DNA of 64,000 nt from Azolla caroliniana (taxonomy: Eukaryota > Plantae > Polypodiophyta), in NCBI GenBank assembly GCA_043228905.1, contig JBHGNT010000002.1:28086001-28150000 (forward strand), read 5' to 3'. The notes under the pieces were generated by a model. That model was given only the letters and a program-made list of their open reading frames with translations. It did not search any database and had not been told where the DNA came from. Both the position numbers and the translations under genes were made by a program. Shown in pieces: positions 56,351 to 64,000 of the stretch; the stretch's first letter is position 1, and every line of letters starts with the position of its first letter.

Positions 56351-59300
56351 ATGTTTTGTCCCCCACCCCCCCTTCAAACAGAGAAGTCCAAAATCCCCTG
56401 ATTTTACACACAGATTGACCAGGAAGGCTTTGTGGGTCAATGGAAAGCAAAACCCACCTTGGGTCCCTGTCAAATTACGATTTAAACAACCCAATTGGAG
56501 AGGAAAGGTCAAAGAAGACCGAGTTTCTGTTTTGAAACTTATTAAAACGTGTGGAAAAGAGAAGGATCTATGCAAAGCAAGAAGAGTTCATGCCAACATT
56601 GTGAAGAAAAATCTCGTTATTACTAAGGACACTTATGTTGCTAGTGCCCTAATCAGTGCATATGCTAAATGCGGTGATCTCAGTAAAGCCCGAGAACTAT
56701 TCGAACAAATTTTGGTTCGGGATGTGGTTACATGGAATGCATTGATTGGTGGTTATGCCCAACAAGGCATGGGTCTTGAAGCTCTACAATGTTTCCGACA
56801 AATGAAGAAAGAACAAATTTCTCCCGATGTTATAACGTATACTTGTATATTGAAAGCTTGCGGTATTGTAAGGTCACTTGAGATCGGTGAAGACATAAGT
56901 GAGGAGATTGTTAGGCTTGGATTGCTGCAGAAAGATGTATTGCTTGGTACTACTTTAGTGGACATGTATGCCAAATGTGGTGCACTTGAAAAAGCCGAAG
57001 AAGTGTTTGAACACCTTCCCACACGAGATATAGTGTCTTGGAATGCATTGTTATCAGGTTATGTCCAACATGGCTTTGGTGACAAAGCATTAAAAAGTTT
57101 TAGAAAGATGCAAGATGAAGGTTTTGTTCCGAATTCTGTCAGTTATATATGTAGCTTGAAAGCTTGTGGTATCATTAGATCTCTCGAGGTTGGGGAAGTT
57201 ATAAATGCCGAGGTTAGGAAGAAAGGGTTTTTGCAAAAGGATATATTGTTAGGGTCTACATTGGTTGATATGTATGCCAAGTGTGGTGCACTTGGCAAAG
57301 CTCAAGAAGTGTTTAATGAGCTTCGAGAACGGAATGTTGTGTCATGGACAGCCTTGATTTCGGGATATGTTCAACAGGGGCATGGCCACCAAGCCCTAAA
57401 GTGCTTTGCTCAGATGCGAAGTGAGGGTATTTCACCTAACGAAGTGACTTATAGTTGTATTTTGAAAGCTTGTGGTTTGGTTGGGTCACTCCAGACAGGA
57501 GAAGAAATCGACTCTGAAGTGAGAAAGCTAGGATTATTGCAAAAAGACATTGTACTCGGTGCATCATTGGTAGACATGTATGTCAAATGTGGCATGCTTG
57601 AAAAAGCGCGAAAAGTATTTGAAGAGCTTCCAGTGTCAGATTCTCTCTCATCGAATTCTCTTATAGACGGATATGCTAAGTCTGGGGAACTGGAGAGCGC
57701 AAGAGAAATATTTGGAAGGCTCCAAATGAAGACACTTGTGTCATGGAATGCGCTCATAACAGGATATGTGCAAAATGGGAGTGGGCGTGAAGCCCTCGAA
57801 TGCTTCAGGCAAATGCAAGATGAAGGAATAAGTCCCGATGTGGTAACTTTTACTTGTATTTTGGGAGCTTCTGGCATTGTAGGATCTCTCGAGGTTGGGG
57901 AAGATGTGCATGCCAAGATCCAAAAGCAGGGATTATTGCAAAACGACATGGTTCTTGGCACAGCATTGGTGGACATGTATGCCAAATGTGGAAAGCTTGA
58001 AAAAGCACAAGAAGTATTTGATGACCTTCAGACCCGAGATGTGGTATCATGGAATGTATTGATCTCTGGATATGCGAAGTGTGGGGCACTTGAGAAAGCA
58101 AGGGAATTATTTGATAATCTCTTTGAGCCTGACATTTCGTCCTGGAATGTTCTAATAACTGGATATGCTCAACATGGGCTCATTGATGAAGCCTTCAAAT
58201 GTTTCCACCAAATGAAAGATGAGAAAGTATCTCCGAATGTATTAACTTATACTACCATTTTAAAAGCCTGTAGCATTGTAGGATCTCTGGAGATTGGTGA
58301 TGACATATATGTTGAGGTACGAAATCAAGGGCTATTGGAGAAAGACACAGTGCTTGGTACGACTTTAGTTGGTATGTATGCAAAGTGTGGTGCCCTTGAA
58401 AAAGCACAAGAAGTGTTTGAACAGCTTCCAGTGAGGAATGTAGTGTCGTGGACTTCATTACTCACAGGGTATGCCCAATTAGGTCAATTTCAAGTGGCAT
58501 TGGACATGTTTGAGAAAATGAGGGCAGAGGGTACAGTGCCAAACCTTGTTACCTTTTGTGTGTTGCTCACCGCATGTAGTCACGCTGGGTTACTTGAAGA
58601 GGGAGGGAAGTTGTTTGATGACATGTGTGCTGGATATGGTCTTGTTCCAACAATAGACCATTATACTTGTATGATCGATCTATATTGTCGAGCGGGAGAC
58701 TTTGACAAGGCTAAAGCATTGCTCGAAAAGTTACCATCTTGTGATCATCTTCCAATATTCTTCATCATATTGGGTGCATGTCAGAAATGGGTAAATGTGA
58801 ACCTTGGGAGATGGGCATTTGAGCAATTGATAAGGCTAGATGAAACAAATGCAGCGTCATATGTTTGCATGAGGAATATATATTCGGCAGCTGGAATGCA
58901 AATGGAAGCTGATGAAATTGATGCTTGGAGAAAGAAAAATGCTGCACGAAGGGCATCAGGATGTTGTTGGTGGACAGACATTAGCCGAAATGTACATTCA
59001 TTTGTTGAGGATGATAAGAGCCATCCTCAAAGCTCATATATATATGCAAAACTCAAAGAAATCTATGAAAAGCTTGTTCAGGATGGTTATTCTGGGATAA
59101 TATCACCTGTGGTTCAGGATGAGAAAATGGAGGATGTGTTGTGTGGACATAGTGAAAAGATAGCCATTGCCTGTGCTCTCATCAATACATCCGAATCTGC
59201 TCCTATTCGTGTTACTAAGAATACTCAGATGTGTGACCATTGCCATTCTACCATCTTGCTTATATCAATGGTAGAGAAGCGACGGATTCAAGTGAATGAT

Positions 59301-59357
59301 GCAAATTGTGTGCATATTTTTGAAGGTGGAAGATGTATTTGTGAGAAAGCCCATTGA
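56351..59357 (+). CDS. PLS-class PPR protein with E/E+ and DYW:WW-type deaminase domain (organellar RNA editing factor); start codon ambiguous
   Basis: ORF 56415-59357 has ~21 P/L/S motifs (LVDMYAKCG, VVSWNAL), SGCCWWTD box, HSEK and CDHCH zinc ligands, and ends CICEKAH. The ATG at 56351 is off-frame by 1 nt within a C7 run. Confidence 0.93.
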
Positions 59358-62300
59358 GATTTCAAGGTTTTATGGTCATGTCGGAACGACATCTCAAGAA
59401 TTGGTCCAACGTTGTTCAATTCCTGCAAGCCAAACATGAGTTTCATTGATAAAAAACAAAATCATACACTCTGTCCTCTGTCCACTGAGAGATGGTTTAT
59501 GGTATTTGATTGGATTTGTGAATTTGAACATCATAGTTGCTCCAAACAAAGGATCCCATTGCTTTGGATAAGGTACTTTACTTTACTAAAAGCCAATGCA
59601 ACTAGCCAATTTGTATCATTGTCATCCCACAAGGAAATTGGGTTTCTACTTGAAGTAATCCTCTTGGGTGTCATATATACAAACATATAACCCACCGAAA
59701 CGGAAAGGGTCTAAATATATCTTTCATGAAGAGTTTTTAGCTTGGCAATTGTGTCACCTTCTGGACTCTGTAAAAAATTCCATGGCAGTGTAGAGAGGAT
59801 ATGAAACCGGAACGATGAATCTACGCAAAGCGAGTTAGTCTAATTAATGATTTGGGGATTTCCTTGTAAGCGACAAGAGTTTAATTCTTGCCCATGATAC
59901 TTGTAATGCTCGAGATAATTATGGACATGATGGAGAACTGCATTAGTGGAATAGTGCGATCTTTCCACATGTTCCTTGTTTTACTATAGCATACCTACGA
60001 GCTTTTTTCTTTATTTATAGTTCCTTGGATTGTCCAATGGTGCACGAAAAGATCATGTATGGTCATTGTTCGTCATGCCTATGCCATGGATGAGTCATAC
60101 CAATGTCCCTTGCAAGAAACAAACTTTCAAAAGCTCGCCAAAAGATTACGCCCACGTTCATTTGCCAAAAGATTACACACATGTTCATTTGAATGCATTC
60201 TACCATTATACATGATGAACGTTGATTTAAGAGCAAATTGAACTGCTATGCTAGATTCAAACACACTAGTAGAGGAATTTATAAGTAATTAGAGGAATTT
60301 ATAAGTAATTCTTAGTGTACCATGCATATGTACTTGTTTGGAAGAACAAGGGTGACATAGAATAACAATTGAAACAAATTCAAGTAGTATAAGAAAAGAT
60401 AGTAGATTCTTTCCTTAACAGTATCTATTTATACTTGAAGATAACAAGAAAAGTATTAGTGCAATCACATGTATGCACATTATGCATAAGATGAAATCCT
60501 CCAAAATATTGCCTTCTTGTTAATAGACACAACTCCCATGGTAATTCTACGAAGTTTTCTATTGCATTTTGAATTACCACGGTGAGAAGTTAATGTATTC
60601 CATTATTTGATAAAAAATTTATATCTGTTTGTTTCTACTCGTGGATAAAAACTATAAACCTTTATAAAGGGCCCATGAAATTTATGCATGACTAAATACA
60701 CATTGATATGATGTAGGGAGGAATTGAGTTGGTGTCAACACCATTCATGTCGACAACTTTTTACTAACCACTATAAAGATACCCACTTCATTGAAAATTT
60801 GAAATAGACTACAATTTGACAAGGGATGATTGATATCTTTAGACATGTTGTCACGAGATTTGCGCAATTGATGATGATTGGGAGGAGGTACTACTCAAGA
60901 TAATGTTGGAAATAAATGTGATATTGATACTTTTATGATGTTCAAATGATTGTGGATTGTAATTAGTTGAACAACTACTTATGATAGGTTTATCTAAAGT
61001 CCGATAACTAGTCAAAGGATGTGTTAGATAAATCTATCTAAGGTCTAGTTGAATGCAAGGATGTGATCATACTATCGTTGTTGATACAAAAACACATTTC
61101 TATATTTTAAAGTATGGCAATGACATTGAGTAGTTGGTGATTCTATATTTTTGTTTATTTATGTCTCTTGTTAACCATGTGCATGCATTATTTTTTGAAA
61201 TTCACTCTTAATCTATCATTTCTCGCATGACATTTTTATGTGAGTGGATTTCTTATGATTTGAATTGTTTGATTGATCTCATTCCTTACATGTTTAATAC
61301 ATCCACCTTTTTCATCTAGCATGGGATATATAGGTAGGGTACACACTGTGGATCCAAATGATGCTAGTGAGATGCACAAAACAATAAACTCTCTATTAAC
61401 AAGAAGTATGAGAGAAAGGTAATTCGATGTCTATTGCATTATAATTTTTGAAATAGCTAGACTCTCAAATATAATGTTATGCCTTTCCATGAATCATAAT
61501 TTCAAAAACAATTATTTTAAAATTACATGACTACATATTGACCTTTAAGGACCACCATAACCACCTTAATTTCTTTATGCATATAAATATGACACAATAA
61601 GAAGCTACATTGTAGGGAACGAGTGGATTGTCTCTAAGTTTTTGAAGAGAGGATGAGATTCCATGCCATAAGTAAAAAAGAAATGAAATTACAAAGTAGA
61701 GCGGTGATGACATAGTTGTGTACGTCAACATGTACATGAGTACCAAATCCAAGAGAGGTTCCTTAATGTTAACTCAAAGTTTTTCTCAAGGTTTGTAAGA
61801 TCAAGAATAAAACAATACACTATATAATTTGCACATCTATCAACCACAAAACGTCTACAATTTTCATATCTACTCAAATTTGACATGCCAAGTCAATAGG
61901 AATATGGCTATTGGCAACACTTTTCTTTGTCAAAGAGGCACATCAACTTCATTTGTCATATGAGGAGACACTCGAATGCTTATAAGACCATGTAATTCAA
62001 TATGTATATTAAAGTGAAAACTCCTTTAATGGATCATTTGAATAACTAATTGTTTATTTTTTTGTTGCAATTCCAATGATATAGGTGTACCTTTGTAGGC
62101 CTAGGTGGTGGTTCACACCATAAAAGGTTAATAACACCCATGAGCCTCGGGCCCATAAACCACCCATCCTAGTGCCCTATGGTAAAAATTTAGCGCCATA
62201 ATAAGTGTGGAATCAAGTACATAGGCATGCAAATATATGCAGGTTGAGAGGGTGCGTGTGAGCCAATATCACTATCAAGGAACTAAGTGAAACGAGGCGT

Positions 62301-62887
62301 AAGAGCACACCACCAACCACTAGGGCCAAGGATAACTATAACAAGAATCAGGCGAGAACACAATCAACGGACGAAGGAAGGGGAGAGGACATGCGTGCGT
62401 GGGAGAGAAAGAAAGAAAGATATATTAACGTCTTCTAAGACCAAAATCGGCCCATCGATCGGTATGGAATCAAGTAAGAGATCAAGCATCAACATGGTCT
62501 ATGGAATCACTATCGGATCGTGTCGGTCATGTACGGATTGGACAAACCCTAGCGGTATGTACGTAAAAGCTCTGCTTTTGTAATTGCTGCGTTTTGTCAC
62601 TTCCTTCCTTCACTAAGTGCACCAATGGGGACCCTCCCCCAAAATAACTCTCTTCCCTCCATACTCATAGTACATACCACCAACATAACCATAGAAAGAC
62701 CCTCTATCTGTCTCTGACAGAAGAAGAAGAAGAAGACGAAGAAGAAGAAGGAAAGAAAATGCTCTGTTTCTTTCTTTCTTTCATTCTTGACGCAGATCTT
62801 TGCTCACATGGATTAGGCCCCTCCCCTTGAAAGAACCCAAAATCTAGAAGAACCCCATTTCTTGGTTTCTACATACTACGAAGCCAA

Positions 62888-63007
62888 ATGGGCGGTCAAA
62901 TCAATCAATCTGGTCAATACGAACACAATGGGAGAGTCTCCTCTCCGAGCCCCCCTACCCCTGCGCTGCCTCTTGATCCCCGCCTTTTGCAAAATTTGCT
63001 CTTACAA
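62888..63007 (+). other. Probable 5' exon (coding or uORF) of a gene continuing beyond the window
   Basis: CT/GAA-rich leader at 62700-62790, ATG at 62888, strong donor GTAAGT at 63008, acceptor TTGCAG at 63958; product not identifiable. Confidence 0.4.
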
Positions 63008-63424
63008 GTAAGTTGGCTGTTACATCCCCGCCCCCCCCACCCACCTTCTTTCAAGCTTTTTCTTTTTTTCTTCCCTTCTGTTTAACTTAATGAATAAGTT
63101 ATCCAACTCATTACGTAAATCTATCTTTATATCATTCCTTTGTGCATTTCAGCGGATTAACATATTCAACTTAGCCTAATTGTTAAGACATTGAACTTAG
63201 TAGCTTGAGGTTCTTAGCTCAATATCATTCTTAGACTATTTTATCAAAATTTACTCTTAAAGCCAATTTAAGTTGGGTCTTTTCCTCTCTTGACGTTTTT
63301 CGTTTGTCTTTAGTACAATGGGTTAGATATTAAACTCCAGTATAATGCTTTCTAATTAGTGTTACCCTAATGATTAAGTTATTAAACTTAGTACTAGAAT
63401 TCCATGAGTTCAAACTTTCTTTCC

Positions 63425-63459
<35 letters not shown>

Positions 63460-64000
63460 CCCGTCTTTCTTGCAATGTAGCTTGAGTTTCTTCTGGAAAG
63501 ATGGTTAATATATTGAACTTGGTGATATGTGATCCTGGGCTCAATATGCCTTTCTCTTTTGTTCCTTTTCTTGGTTTTAATTTTAGCGGTTGAAGGTATT
63601 TGTACAATGAAGTTTGGATTTCAATTTCCATCAATGACTTTTGTACAACGTGATTAATTTTTTCTGAGAGACGGTTAAGTTATGAATTGTAGTTAATGTG
63701 GTCATGAGCTCAATCCCTCTCTGTGTATATCTTACACAATGTAGCTAGAACTTATTTGAAGGAGATGGCTAATTGATTGAACTTAGTACCACAGGGTTCT
63801 GAATCCAAATGCTATATCTTTCTTGCACAATGTAGTTTGAATTTCTTTTGGCATTTAGCACCACCTCTCTCTCTATATATATGTCTCTTTCTTGCTCCTT
63901 CAAAGGCATTAAAGAGGTTACCATTGAGAATGTAATTATCATGCTTTCATTATTGCAGACGACGTTGCACTTTTAGCAATTACCTTAGGAGATACACAAA

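Noticed and set aside
57449-58981. Several minus-strand ORFs
   Set aside because: Antisense shadows of the PPR CDS.

Overview
Eukaryotic nuclear DNA from a land plant. A fern is inferred from the PPR motif style and the WW-type DYW domain. Genes: 3' exons of a DnaJ-X (J10-like) chaperone, an NPH3/RPT2-like BTB gene, two Dof transcription factors (one CDF-like), KAE1/OSGEP, a MOS11/Tho1/SARNP-like gene, a PLS-E-DYW(WW) PPR editing factor, and the possible 5' end of another gene. Pseudogene and mobile content: a deleted PCNA pseudogene that keeps its E2F/site II/telo-box promoter, a 5'-truncated LINE with target-site duplication (TSD), a copia-like LTR and decayed TE remnants. The standout feature is a 3.4-kb poly(A)-tailed insertion (27137-30515) flanked by a perfect 16-bp TSD. 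It encodes no recognisable retroelement protein. It carries ~330-bp tandem monomers followed by a mosaic of intronless, internally deleted and order-scrambled fragments of starch branching enzyme and Rab-GDI mRNAs, so it looks like a LINE-mobilised gene-fragment-capturing retroposon. All calls come from manual reading; no database searches were run.
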